A stretch of 64,000 nucleotides of DNA from Hydrurus foetidus (GCA_900617105.1 UYFQ01000001.1:2728001-2792000), one strand, 5' to 3'. Counted from the stretch's first letter, positions 49,575 to 58,715 are shown. The notes: generated by a model from the letters alone, not told the origin. Numbers and translations: made by a program.

Positions 49575-52265
49575 TCACGCCAGCAGCCTGTCCAGCTGCC
49601 CAGATAGCCCCACGCCATCCCGTTCCTTGGCGATTTGCCCAAACACGCACTTACTGCCGCTTTTAAACGCCCATAGCTCACCAATCTGCCGCTTTTCAAT
49701 CTCATATGGGCCGCTCAGGAGGTGCGCGCCTTTGTACTCAACTACCGCAATCCGCCCATCTTTCAATTCGGCCACAAAGTCTGGAAAAAACCGCCCGCGC
49801 GACGTGGCCAGCGCAAAACCGCAGGGCTCAGTCACCAGGTTGCGTACCCAGTGTTTGACTGACTGATGGTTGTCCAGCAATTGCGCGCATAAAAACTCTT
49901 CGCCGCCGTCCTTCAAGTCAGCCAGTACCGGGTAAAAGTGTTTGTTGAACTGGTAGCGCCCCGCGTAGCGCGAGCCAGCGGGCACCGGGTAGCGGTTGGC
50001 CTCAAACAGCAGCGGGCGCGTCCAGTCTGGTTCGATCGTCCATTTGCCTTCTAATACGAGCTGCCTGAATTGCGCTTTGGCAGCCTTGTCTTTTAAATCG
50101 TCAACGCGGGCCTCAATGTCTTGCGCCAGCTTGAATCGCGCTTTGGCCAGCGTCACCAGCGGCACGCCGCGCTCATGCATCAGGTGGCTGACGACCGCTG
50201 CAAAGTAGCTGCTGCGCTGGCCTTGCGTCAAGTCGGGTAGTTTTTGAAACAGCGATTGGTCCAGCCAGCGCACCAGGTCTTGGGAGGTGATAGTGGTCGA
50301 GCCGTAGTCAAACGCAATCTGGCTGGCGTCGGCTGCGCGCAGATTGACTTTGGCGTCTTTTAAATAAATCTCAAACGTGTTGGACTGCTCTACCACCTGA
50401 AAGCCGGGCAACGCAATCGCCTCGGGGCTGAGCAAATCCAGCTCCACGGCCTCCAGAACCGCCTCACGCTCTAGCGGCCACAACTGGCCTTGCGGCGTGC
50501 TGCGGTAGCCCAGCGTGGGCACGGGCGCAAAGCGCTCGCCGCGCGATGCGGGTGCGGCCTGGGCGGCGACCAGCGCATTGTGCTGCGCCACCTTGGCTTG
50601 CACTTGTTCCTGCTTTTTAGCACCGCGCACTTGGGCCACCAGCAGCGCTTCCATCTCTAAATTGATATGGCCGGTAACGACCAGGTTTTGCTCACCCGCA
50701 ATCTGTGCGACCTCAACGCCAGCAGCCAGGCGCAGTTCGTCTGGCGGTGTAATAGCTATAAAATTAGTAGCTACTTGCGCCCGATTTGATTGGGCTAGAG
50801 GCTCATTTGATGGGTTAAATTGATCAAAAAGTGGCAAACTGGACTGCTGCACCACCATCGACGCGACATCCAGCGCCTCAAACCCCATGTTGTTGATCAG
50901 CCTGTCGGCCAGCTCATGCGCTGCGGTTGAAAACTTGGCCTCGCAGACGTGTGCGTATGCGCGGTTAAGCGCCTCCCGCCCGCGCGGGCTGGCGTACGGC
51001 ATGCGCAGCACGCGGCCCAGCAATTGCTCAACAGCCGTCGCGCTTGACAGCTTTTGCAGCGAGCATAGGACGTAGGCAAACGGGCAGTCCCAGCCTTCAC
51101 GCAGGGCTTGCACGGTAATCACAAAGCGCACCGGGCAGTCGCGCGACGCCAAGTCCAGCCCTTCCAGCTCGCGCGTGTCACCCGTGGCTACCTTGATGTG
51201 CTCGGGGGGTATGTGCAGCTCGTCTTGCAGGTGCTTGCGCAGCGCCTCGGGCGGCACCTCGTCGTTTTCATTCTGAGCCTGAAAAAGCACTATCGGCCGC
51301 ACGTAGCCATTGCCTGCGGCTTCGTCTTTCAGCGCCTCGCCTTCCAGCGCGCGCTGGCTTTGCACGGCGGCAAACACCGCTTGCTGCCAGCCTTGCGGGT
51401 GCTCGGCCAACGCAATCGGCAGCTTGATCATGCTTTCAGCCGCCAACTCCTGTGCGCTGACGTGGTACAGCACATTGGTTTTGGCCGGTATGGGCGTGGC
51501 TGTCAGCTCCAAAATAGCGCTGGGGTTCAGGCGTTTCAGGGCGGTAAAGCTTTTGTCGGTTTTGGTGTTGTGCGCCTCGTCCACAATCACCAACGGCTCG
51601 TGCAGCGCCAGCCAGTTGGCCAGGCTCCAGCGCGGCTGGTTGATGAAGCCTGCCAGCACCCCGGTTTTGTCATTCGCTGCTTCGCTGGCAGTGACCAGCG
51701 CATCCGGCAAGCCGTGCAGCACCCGCAAACGCTGTTCGTCACAGCCCTTAAAGTGCCGCTCAAAACTTTCAGAAAAGCTGTACACATTGCGTTTGTCGGT
51801 ATCGTCAATCCGAAAGCTCTGAATGGTCGCCACCACCACTACGGCGCGCTGGCCCCAGTCGGGCGGGGCAATGTTGGCCAAATCTTCCAGCACGCACACC
51901 CGCACGCCGCTGCCGTAGCTGGCTTCTAACGCCGCGCGGTAAGGGTGGCCAGCGGTTTGCAGTGCTTTGAGCGTTTGGCTGCGAATCGTGTCACTCGGCA
52001 CCAGCCACACCGCCACCGGTGCGTCGGTGGCCCGCCACTCCTGCGCCAACACATTTACCGCATGCGCCGCCATCAGCGTTTTGCCCCCGCCCGTGGGGAT
52101 GCGCAGGCAAATGCAAGGCACAGCGCCAAACGGGTCAGCGTTGTAAGGCCGCCCCACAGCCTCGCCGAACGCCATGGCCGCGCCTTTGAGCTGGGCTGAC
52201 CGGGCGAAAGCCCGCAGCGCGTCAAGGGCGGCTTGTTGGTAGGACTTGAGGGTGAGGAGGGTCAT
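49575..52265 (-). CDS. res: Type III restriction endonuclease subunit
   Basis: PTGGGKT, DEAH, EGWDCP, QLLGRVLR, C-terminal PDFV...EYKG. Confidence 0.92.
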   Translation of the reverse strand: MTLLTLKSYQQAALDALRAFARSAQLKGAAMAFGEAVGRPYNADPFGAVPCICLRIPTGGGKTLMAAHAVNVLAQEWRATDAPVAVWLVPSDTIRSQTLKALQTAGHPYRAALEASYGSGVRVCVLEDLANIAPPDWGQRAVVVVATIQSFRIDDTDKRNVYSFSESFERHFKGCDEQRLRVLHGLPDALVTASEAANDKTGVLAGFINQPRWSLANWLALHEPLVIVDEAHNTKTDKSFTALKRLNPSAILELTATPIPAKTNVLYHVSAQELAAESMIKLPIALAEHPQGWQQAVFAAVQSQRALEGEALKDEAAGNGYVRPIVLFQAQNENDEVPPEALRKHLQDELHIPPEHIKVATGDTRELEGLDLASRDCPVRFVITVQALREGWDCPFAYVLCSLQKLSSATAVEQLLGRVLRMPYASPRGREALNRAYAHVCEAKFSTAAHELADRLINNMGFEALDVASMVVQQSSLPLFDQFNPSNEPLAQSNRAQVATNFIAITPPDELRLAAGVEVAQIAGEQNLVVTGHINLEMEALLVAQVRGAKKQEQVQAKVAQHNALVAAQAAPASRGERFAPVPTLGYRSTPQGQLWPLEREAVLEAVELDLLSPEAIALPGFQVVEQSNTFEIYLKDAKVNLRAADASQIAFDYGSTTITSQDLVRWLDQSLFQKLPDLTQGQRSSYFAAVVSHLMHERGVPLVTLAKARFKLAQDIEARVDDLKDKAAKAQFRQLVLEGKWTIEPDWTRPLLFEANRYPVPAGSRYAGRYQFNKHFYPVLADLKDGGEEFLCAQLLDNHQSVKHWVRNLVTEPCGFALATSRGRFFPDFVAELKDGRIAVVEYKGAHLLSGPYEIEKRQIGELWAFKSGSKCVFGQIAKERDGVGLSGQLDRLLA
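50755..50802 (-). repeat. R1 copy inside res
   Basis: Encodes PLAQSNRAQVATNFIA. Confidence 0.8.
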
Positions 52266-52428
52266 GAGCTGAAAAGGTAGGTAGGGAGTTTTAAGCGACA
52301 ATTATGCTGTTCTGTCAACGCACGTCCCACATTAGGCAATCACAGCCAAAATGTCGTGTGCGGTGCTAAGACAAGTGTCTTGCACACCTTGATACTTTAT
52401 TGAAACGCTAACCAGAGGCTCGCGAACT

Positions 52429-53268
52429 ATGGACAACCACACGCTAGACCTGTTTCATTTTCAGCCTGAAGAACCCAACTTTGAAGCCCTAGCCAAAGAA
52501 AATGGCTTCACTTATTGGCTGAAGTCCAGTCTGGCCACGAGCTTGGGATATGAAGACGGCAAAAGCTTGGAAAAAGCGATCAATAAGGCCATGACAGTCT
52601 GTTTGACGCTCAATATTCCTGTCATTGAAAATTTTGTACAGGTCGAGGGCAGCGCCGAGAAAAACGACTTCAAACTCTCACGCTTTGCCTGCTACTTGAC
52701 GGTGATGAACGCCGATGTTCGCAACCCACTGGTTGCACGGGCACAGGCTTACTTCGCTGGATTGGCTGAAGCATTTGCCGAGTATTCCAAGGCCGAATCT
52801 GTCGAGCGAGTACTTATTCGCGGTGAAATCTCAGAACGCGAAGGCACTTTGAGCTCAACTGCCAAGACCCATGGTGTTGAAAACTACGCGTTTTTCCAGA
52901 ACGCTGGGTATCGGGGTATGTACAACATGAACCTGAACAGGTTAAAAAGTCATAAAGGCTTGGGTGCCCAAACCAAGGGTACTTTGCTGGATTTCATGGG
53001 TAAGGAGGAGTTGGCCGCAAACTTGTTTCGCATCACTCAGACTGAAGCAAAAATCCGCAACGATAAGATTCGTGGACAACCCAATTTGGAGCGGACAGCT
53101 GAAGGTGTTGGGCGCGATGTGCGCAACGCTATGATCAAAATCAGTGGCCAAAAACCCGAAGAGCTCAAGCTAGAGGCCAGCAGCATTCCTGACCTTAAAA
53201 AGGGACTCAAGCTGACGCACAAAGAACTCAAGAAAATTGACCAAAAACCGGTGATCAAAAAGAAGTAG
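52429..53268 (+). CDS. dinD: DNA damage-inducible protein D (Bro-N) family
   Basis: LSRFACYL, FQNAGYRGMY, LDFMGKEELAANLFRITQTE. Confidence 0.85.
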   Translation: MDNHTLDLFHFQPEEPNFEALAKENGFTYWLKSSLATSLGYEDGKSLEKAINKAMTVCLTLNIPVIENFVQVEGSAEKNDFKLSRFACYLTVMNADVRNPLVARAQAYFAGLAEAFAEYSKAESVERVLIRGEISEREGTLSSTAKTHGVENYAFFQNAGYRGMYNMNLNRLKSHKGLGAQTKGTLLDFMGKEELAANLFRITQTEAKIRNDKIRGQPNLERTAEGVGRDVRNAMIKISGQKPEELKLEASSIPDLKKGLKLTHKELKKIDQKPVIKKK

Positions 53269-53526
53269 TGCGAACTGGTCGATTTGCTAAAGCTCTCGCC
53301 AAGTTGCTCCTTTGCCTTGCAGGATACAGCGAAGACAAATTAATTTTTGGCGTTTAAACAATGCTAAGTCGTTGAATTTATTCACTATTTTCTTTTTAGT
53401 TGTTTAAACAATTGTTTAATTAGTCGCTTCTAACTGCCATTTAAACAATTATTTTTGTTCGTCAAAACTGCACTGGACATAAGTTATACATAGTTATTGA
53501 CAGGGATATCCACAGACTTTAAAATC

Positions 53527-53626
53527 AGGCTGCTGGGGACAAAATTCGGCTTCATGCCGTGTGAATGCAAAAGCCAAGGCAAAACCCAAGGGTCAGCCCG
53601 CCGCGCAATCCTATATCCCCACACCT
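53527..53626 (-). ncRNA. Candidate DUF3800-associated structured RNA
   Basis: Closing stem GGGGAUA/UGUCCCC enclosing CUUG-loop hairpins and CGGC-AUGAA-GCCG; starts right after the DUF3800 stop. Confidence 0.55.
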
Positions 53627-53628
53627 AT

Positions 53629-54453
53629 TCACGAAGCCGCCCCTGTTAAATCAGGCAGCGGCTTTTTCTTTGTGTAATAGGTGCCGTATTCGGCAGTAGC
53701 CTTGTCGTCAACTGCGTGAATCAAACCTACTTTGTCCCAAATGAACTCTATAAATCGCCCCTCCTGTCGGCTGTAGTAGCGGTGCAGCGCCCAAAGTACG
53801 TAGTCAACTGCTTGCAGGCAGACATCTTTCCTCGGGCTGCTTGGAATCAATTCAATTTGTGTGGCCACTGTTCGCCCCCACTTTTGCTCAAAACGGTTGC
53901 GCGCCAGGGCTAATGCGCCTTTAAAAGCACGCGTCCTGTCAGCCGTGCCGCGCACGCCATAGCTGATCTTGCAAGCTTCATACGAGTGCAACCGGTCTTT
54001 AAAAAGGCGCGCGACGGTCTGGTCATACAGCTCGTCTGGCCGATAACGGTAATTGGTACCTCGTGCATTGCGCTCCTGCACATAGGTGAGCACGTAACGC
54101 ATGTCGCGCACCACCGCATAAAACTTCATGTCGTGCCGCGCAAGCACCTTGAAAACTTCTCTGCGTACTTCAGGCACATCGTCTTTAGCGTGGAACATCA
54201 GCGCAGTCTTCTTGCGCGCGGGCTGCATTGATTCCACGTCTTTAAAGTAGGGATCTTTCAGCAAGTCCAGCCGGAGTGATTCAAGTTCAGTTGCCAGCAG
54301 TTCAGGCTGTGGTACTTGCAGCGCACCAAGCATGAAGTGGCTACGCCCTTCGGGTTGCCCCAGCAGCAAGCGCCCCTGTGTGCCAAACAGCACACCATCG
54401 CCTCACTCGTCCACAAAATAGTGGGTTGATGTTTTTGGGGCTTCTGGCTTCAT
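53629..54453 (-). pseudogene. DUF3800 family protein with in-frame TGA at codon 17
   Basis: MKPEAPKTSTHYFVDE*GDG..., FHAKDD, LQAVDY motifs; TGA at 54403-54405. Confidence 0.8.
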
Positions 54454-54459
54454 GTTGCG

Positions 54460-56124
54460 CTACCGCCCCCTCACGTCATACGGAATGTGCCTGAAAGTCA
54501 CATTCGCCTGCTTCAAGCGCTCTTGTCCTAAGCGGCAGGCTTCGCCGTAGACGAGTAGCGGGGCGGCTGGCTCTGGTGTGGTGGCGTGCAGGGCTAGCAG
54601 GGCGGTTAGTACGTCGCGGGTCAATACGTTGCCGCTGGCGGGGCGTTTGTCGCCTAATATGCCGTTGTAGAGCAAATAACAGGCGAATTTGGCCGTTTTT
54701 ACCTGCTCAATATGGCTGTAGCCCAATGAATCCGGGTGCAAGCAGCTACTGATTTCATAGTGCATACCCAGGTAAGGCGTGCCTGGCTTGGCGGCTTGAA
54801 GGTCGAAAGATGCGCCGGTTTCTTGCTGCCACACAAAGGCGGCCAGTGTTGCAAAGCGCACTGCGGGGTTGATGCGGCCAGCCTCGTCAAACACTGCTTC
54901 ACCCAGCCGCATGAACCTGAAGCCGCCGCCGCCTGCCCAGCCCACGGCTTTGCTGATGCCGCCTTGCTCGCCGTCGATGACTTTTTGCAGGCGCGGCAGG
55001 CAGTGGGTGGCGGCGTGTTCACCCATTTCAATGCCTATCCAGCGGCGGCGCATTTTGTGGGCGACGGCGGCGGTGGTGCCTGAGCCTAGGAAGGAGTCGA
55101 GGATGAGGTCGTTTTCGTTGGTGGCGATGTGGAGAATGCGTTGGATTAGGCGTTCGGGTTTAGGTGTCGCAAATACATCGCGCTCAGTTGGAAACAAATT
55201 TTTAACTTCACGCTTTCCCTCTTCATTTCGCCCGGCTTCGTCTCCTGCCCACCAAGTTGTAGGAACGATGCCGTCGCGAACTTCAGACAGGAACCGTTTT
55301 CTTCTTGGCATGGAGTCACCAGTGGCGCCAAACCAAAGTCGATTTTCGGTGCGAAGCTCTTCAAAAGAATCCGGCGGTATTGACCAGCTTCTGCCATTTG
55401 CTGGCCATACCTCGCGACCAGATGGGAGTTTGATCGCGTAGAAGTCACGTTCGCGGAATTCCCTGCGCGTTAGGTCACTGCTCGTCCACGCACCGCGTGG
55501 ATCGTTATCAATGTTTTCGTATCTTGCGTCCATTTCCGTAGTACGTTCGAGCCGATTGAATTCACACGAGACTTTCGCCTTTGCATAGACGAAAAGAGTA
55601 TCTGCTGTGGGTGATAGAAACTTGCTGTCAGGGTCGGGAGATACACGCTTCTGCCAACTGACATCAGCCACAAAATTTCCCCGCCCAAACACCTCATCCA
55701 TCAGCACCTTGAGGTAATGCCCTTCGTTGTCGTCAATAGTCACCCAAATGCTGCCGTCCTCGCGCAGCAACTCGCGCAGCAGTTGCAGGCGCGGCAGCAT
55801 CATGCTCAGCCACTGGGCGTGCTCCAGGTTGTCGTCGTAATGCTCAAACGCGCTTTTGGTGTTGTAGGGCGGGTCTATAAAAATGCATTTGACCTGGCCG
55901 CGGTAGAAGGGGAGCAGGGCCTTGAGGGCTTCTAGGTTGTCGCCTTGGATGAGCAGGTTGTCTGTGATGCCAGCCGGGGGCAGCCCCTCACCCCCGCCCT
56001 CTCCCCAGAGTGGCGAGGGAGCAAGAGCCGAGGAGTGGCTAGAGACCTGCTCTAGCAGCCGGTACGGCACGCGGGCTGATGTGGTGAAGGCGCTTTGGCG
56101 GTTGAGCCAGTCTAGGGTGGGCAT
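54460..56124 (-). CDS. mod: Type III modification methyltransferase
   Basis: IQGDNL, IDPPY, TPKPE, DSFLGSGTT. Confidence 0.93.
   Translation of the reverse strand: MPTLDWLNRQSAFTTSARVPYRLLEQVSSHSSALAPSPLWGEGGGEGLPPAGITDNLLIQGDNLEALKALLPFYRGQVKCIFIDPPYNTKSAFEHYDDNLEHAQWLSMMLPRLQLLRELLREDGSIWVTIDDNEGHYLKVLMDEVFGRGNFVADVSWQKRVSPDPDSKFLSPTADTLFVYAKAKVSCEFNRLERTTEMDARYENIDNDPRGAWTSSDLTRREFRERDFYAIKLPSGREVWPANGRSWSIPPDSFEELRTENRLWFGATGDSMPRRKRFLSEVRDGIVPTTWWAGDEAGRNEEGKREVKNLFPTERDVFATPKPERLIQRILHIATNENDLILDSFLGSGTTAAVAHKMRRRWIGIEMGEHAATHCLPRLQKVIDGEQGGISKAVGWAGGGGFRFMRLGEAVFDEAGRINPAVRFATLAAFVWQQETGASFDLQAAKPGTPYLGMHYEISSCLHPDSLGYSHIEQVKTAKFACYLLYNGILGDKRPASGNVLTRDVLTALLALHATTPEPAAPLLVYGEACRLGQERLKQANVTFRHIPYDVRGR
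54714..54761 (+). repeat. R1 copy inside mod (antisense)
   Basis: Encodes HYEISSCLHPDSLGYS. Confidence 0.8.
55983..56022. repeat. CCCTCACCCC...CCCTCTCCCC-type palindromic repeat R4 inside mod
   Basis: GCCCCTCACCCCCGCCCTCTCCCCAGAGTGGCGAGGGAGC, encodes APSPLWGEGGGEG. Confidence 0.6.
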
Positions 56125-56136
56125 GGGTGATATTGT

Positions 56137-57324
56137 TTAGCTGGCGGCAAAGTTGGCCTCAACGGTTTCGCTTTGAAACAGTTCAAGGTAGGGCTGGTAG
56201 CGGTATAAGCGGTTGCGGTCAAAGCCAGTGACTTCTTGCAGCCAGCCGCGTGCTTCCATGTCTTTGGCCAACTTTACGGCAGTGGGGTGGGTGCAGCCGA
56301 CGATTTCAGCGATTTGCTTGGGCGACACCAGCGGCTGCTTGAACAGGCTGTCGAGCAACTTCAACGCTTTGGGGCTTTTAATCAACGCGGCGCGGTGCGC
56401 TTCGCGCATGGCAACAATGTCTGTGGCTGTGCGGGTCGCAGCGCGTGCGGTTTGACTGATGCCACGCAAAAAAAACTTGAGCCACGGCTCCCAATGGCCA
56501 TGCTCGCGGATGGCGGTCAAGCGGTCGTAGTATTCAGTACGGTGGGCTTTCAGAAAAACCGACAGGTATAAAACAGGGCGTGATAAAGCTTGTTCCTCGC
56601 ACAACATCAAGGTGATGAGCAGCCTGCCCACGCGGCCGTTGCCGTCCAGAAATGGGTGAATGGTTTCAAATTGCGCGTGGGCCAAGCCGCAGCGAATGAG
56701 CAGGGGCGTGTCGGCCTTGCCGTCATGCATAAACAGTTCAAGCGCACCCAGGCTTGCCATCAGCTCATGAGGCGGTGGCGGCACAAAGCTGGCGGTTGAC
56801 AAGCTGCTGCCATAGCCGCCTATCCAGTTTTGCGACGTACGAAATTCGCCCGGCGTTTTTTCAGACCCGCGCACGTTTTGCATCAACTCGCCGTGTATTT
56901 CGCGCAGCATGCGCAAGCTAAGTGGCAGTTCATTGAGCCGGTGCAAACCGTGGTTCATGGCGCGCACGTAGTTGATGACTTCTTCTACGTCTTTCGGGCT
57001 GTCGTTGTTGGTGCCGTTCGCTTCAAACGCGAGAATGTCCTCGAGCGTACTTTGCGTGCCTTCTATTTGAGACGACAGAACCGCCTCATGGCGAACATAC
57101 ATCCCAATGAACAAGTCCGGGTTGGGCAGCAGCGTTGCAATTGCGTCAAGCCTGGCAAGGTCGCGATCTGCTTGCGACAGCAGGGTTCTGAGTTCACCAT
57201 CGAATGCTATTTCGGGTTCAGGCGGCAGCGGCACTGGAATGAAGGCGCGGTAGCCAGTAAGCTGCTTAACGTAACGGCCAGCGCGTTGTGGGTAGGGCGC
57301 TGAGCTGTGTGATGAAATTTTCAT
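56137..57324 (-). CDS. Fic family protein with C-terminal HTH
   Basis: SSQIEGT inhibitory motif, HPFLDGNGRVGR. Confidence 0.93.
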   Translation of the reverse strand: MKISSHSSAPYPQRAGRYVKQLTGYRAFIPVPLPPEPEIAFDGELRTLLSQADRDLARLDAIATLLPNPDLFIGMYVRHEAVLSSQIEGTQSTLEDILAFEANGTNNDSPKDVEEVINYVRAMNHGLHRLNELPLSLRMLREIHGELMQNVRGSEKTPGEFRTSQNWIGGYGSSLSTASFVPPPPHELMASLGALELFMHDGKADTPLLIRCGLAHAQFETIHPFLDGNGRVGRLLITLMLCEEQALSRPVLYLSVFLKAHRTEYYDRLTAIREHGHWEPWLKFFLRGISQTARAATRTATDIVAMREAHRAALIKSPKALKLLDSLFKQPLVSPKQIAEIVGCTHPTAVKLAKDMEARGWLQEVTGFDRNRLYRYQPYLELFQSETVEANFAAS

Positions 57325-57344
57325 AAGAATCGTCAATAATAATC

Positions 57345-57376
57345 ATATGAAAATAATAGTCAATTTATTTTCATAT
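57345..57376. promoter_or_regulatory. Inverted repeat operator candidate upstream of fic
   Basis: ATATGAAAATAA-N8-TTATTTTCATAT perfect 12-bp arms. Confidence 0.55.
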
Positions 57377-57426
57377 AAACCCCTAAAGTAATTCTTGTGA
57401 AAATTTTTTGTAGTGCAACAATTGCT

Positions 57427-57753
57427 TCACAGCACCACTTTCACCATCGGGTGCGTGCTCAGGGTTCGGTACAGCTCGTCAAGCTGCTCCCTTGACGTGG
57501 CGGTGACGGTCACTGTTACGCCCAGATATTTGCCGCCGCTGCTTTCACGCAGCTCGATGGTGCTGGCGTCAAACGCGGGGTCGAACTGGTGCGCTACGTG
57601 GGTAATGGCCGCTACCAGGCCGTCTACTTTTAGCCCCATGACTTTGATGGGGAACTGGGACGGGTATTCGATCAGCGACTCTTGTTTGGGAACTTCAGGT
57701 GGGCTATTCGGCGGGGTGTCTGGCATTTTTGGGGTCTCTGGAATGGCAGTCAT
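57427..57753 (-). CDS. ybeD: YbeD/DUF493 family protein
   Basis: LIEYPSQFPIKVMG...SSGGKYLGVT...HPMVKVVL. Confidence 0.92.
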   Translation of the reverse strand: MTAIPETPKMPDTPPNSPPEVPKQESLIEYPSQFPIKVMGLKVDGLVAAITHVAHQFDPAFDASTIELRESSGGKYLGVTVTVTATSREQLDELYRTLSTHPMVKVVL

Positions 57754-58697
57754 GCAGCTTGCTCTAGATCGCTTTGCTGCGCGGATTGTTGCTTGGCTTG
57801 CTGATAAGCAGCATACAGTTTGGCGTAGATGGGGCCGGGCAAACCTGCAGTAGCACCCAGGCCGATTTTTTGGCCGTCTAGCAGCGTAACGGGTAGCACT
57901 TCTTTGGTGGCAGACGACAGCATCAGCTCGTCGGCACCAAACACTTCAGCTCTGGTGATGCGCCGCAGCTCAAAACCTATGCCTGCGCTGCGGCACAGGC
58001 TTTCAATCAACCCATAGCGAATTCCTTCTAGCACCAGCTTATCTTTGGGCGGGCCGAGCACTTTACCGTCTTTAATGACCCACACATTGCTGGCGGCGGC
58101 TTCGCTTAAATAGTCACCCCTAAACATAATTGTTTCTAAAGCGCCTGCATCTGCGCTTATCTGCCGCGAAAACACTGCGCCCAGCAAGCTGGTGCTTTTG
58201 ATATGTGCTTTTTCCCACCGGAAGTCGTCTGCCGTTACGCAGGCCACGCCTTGGGTGCGCTGCGCTGGGCTGGGCAGCTTCATGGCGTTGACCATGACGA
58301 ACACCGTGGGTTTTAAATTGGGCGGCATGACATGGTCGCGCAGGGCTACACCACGGCTGACCTGAATGTAGATGATTTGATCCAAATTAGGCTCAATTTG
58401 ACCTTCATTTTGGGCTGTAGCCGTTATTTTATGGGCGCGAGCAGCTATTAATTGCATAGCGATTTCGCGCCACTCAGTGTGCGTTAATGGGTTAGTAATG
58501 CGCAGCTCGGCCAAGCTGCAGTCAAGCCGAGCCATGTGCTGGGCAAAGCTGAACAACACGCCGCCATAGGCCGGAACCACCTCGTACACACCGTCGCCAA
58601 AAATAAAGCCGCGATCAAGAACGCTGATTTTGGCGTCTTTTAGCGGCGTGTAGTCGCCATTTAGGTAGCAAATCGTGTCAGGAAGGGTTGTGGTCAT
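57750..58697 (-). CDS. dat: D-amino acid aminotransferase (class IV)
   Basis: DRGFIFGDGVYEV, IKSTSLL, LEGIR. Confidence 0.9.
   Translation of the reverse strand: MTTTLPDTICYLNGDYTPLKDAKISVLDRGFIFGDGVYEVVPAYGGVLFSFAQHMARLDCSLAELRITNPLTHTEWREIAMQLIAARAHKITATAQNEGQIEPNLDQIIYIQVSRGVALRDHVMPPNLKPTVFVMVNAMKLPSPAQRTQGVACVTADDFRWEKAHIKSTSLLGAVFSRQISADAGALETIMFRGDYLSEAAASNVWVIKDGKVLGPPKDKLVLEGIRYGLIESLCRSAGIGFELRRITRAEVFGADELMLSSATKEVLPVTLLDGQKIGLGATAGLPGPIYAKLYAAYQQAKQQSAQQSDLEQAA
58413..58460 (+). repeat. R1 copy inside dat (antisense)
   Basis: Encodes AMQLIAARAHKITATA. Confidence 0.8.
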
Positions 58698-58715
58698 GGT
58701 TCAGGCGTTCAATCA

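Noticed and set aside
54360..54405. Selenocysteine recoding of the DUF3800 TGA
   Set aside because: No convincing SECIS-like hairpin directly downstream, and the position is Ser/Ala rather than Cys in the family motif.
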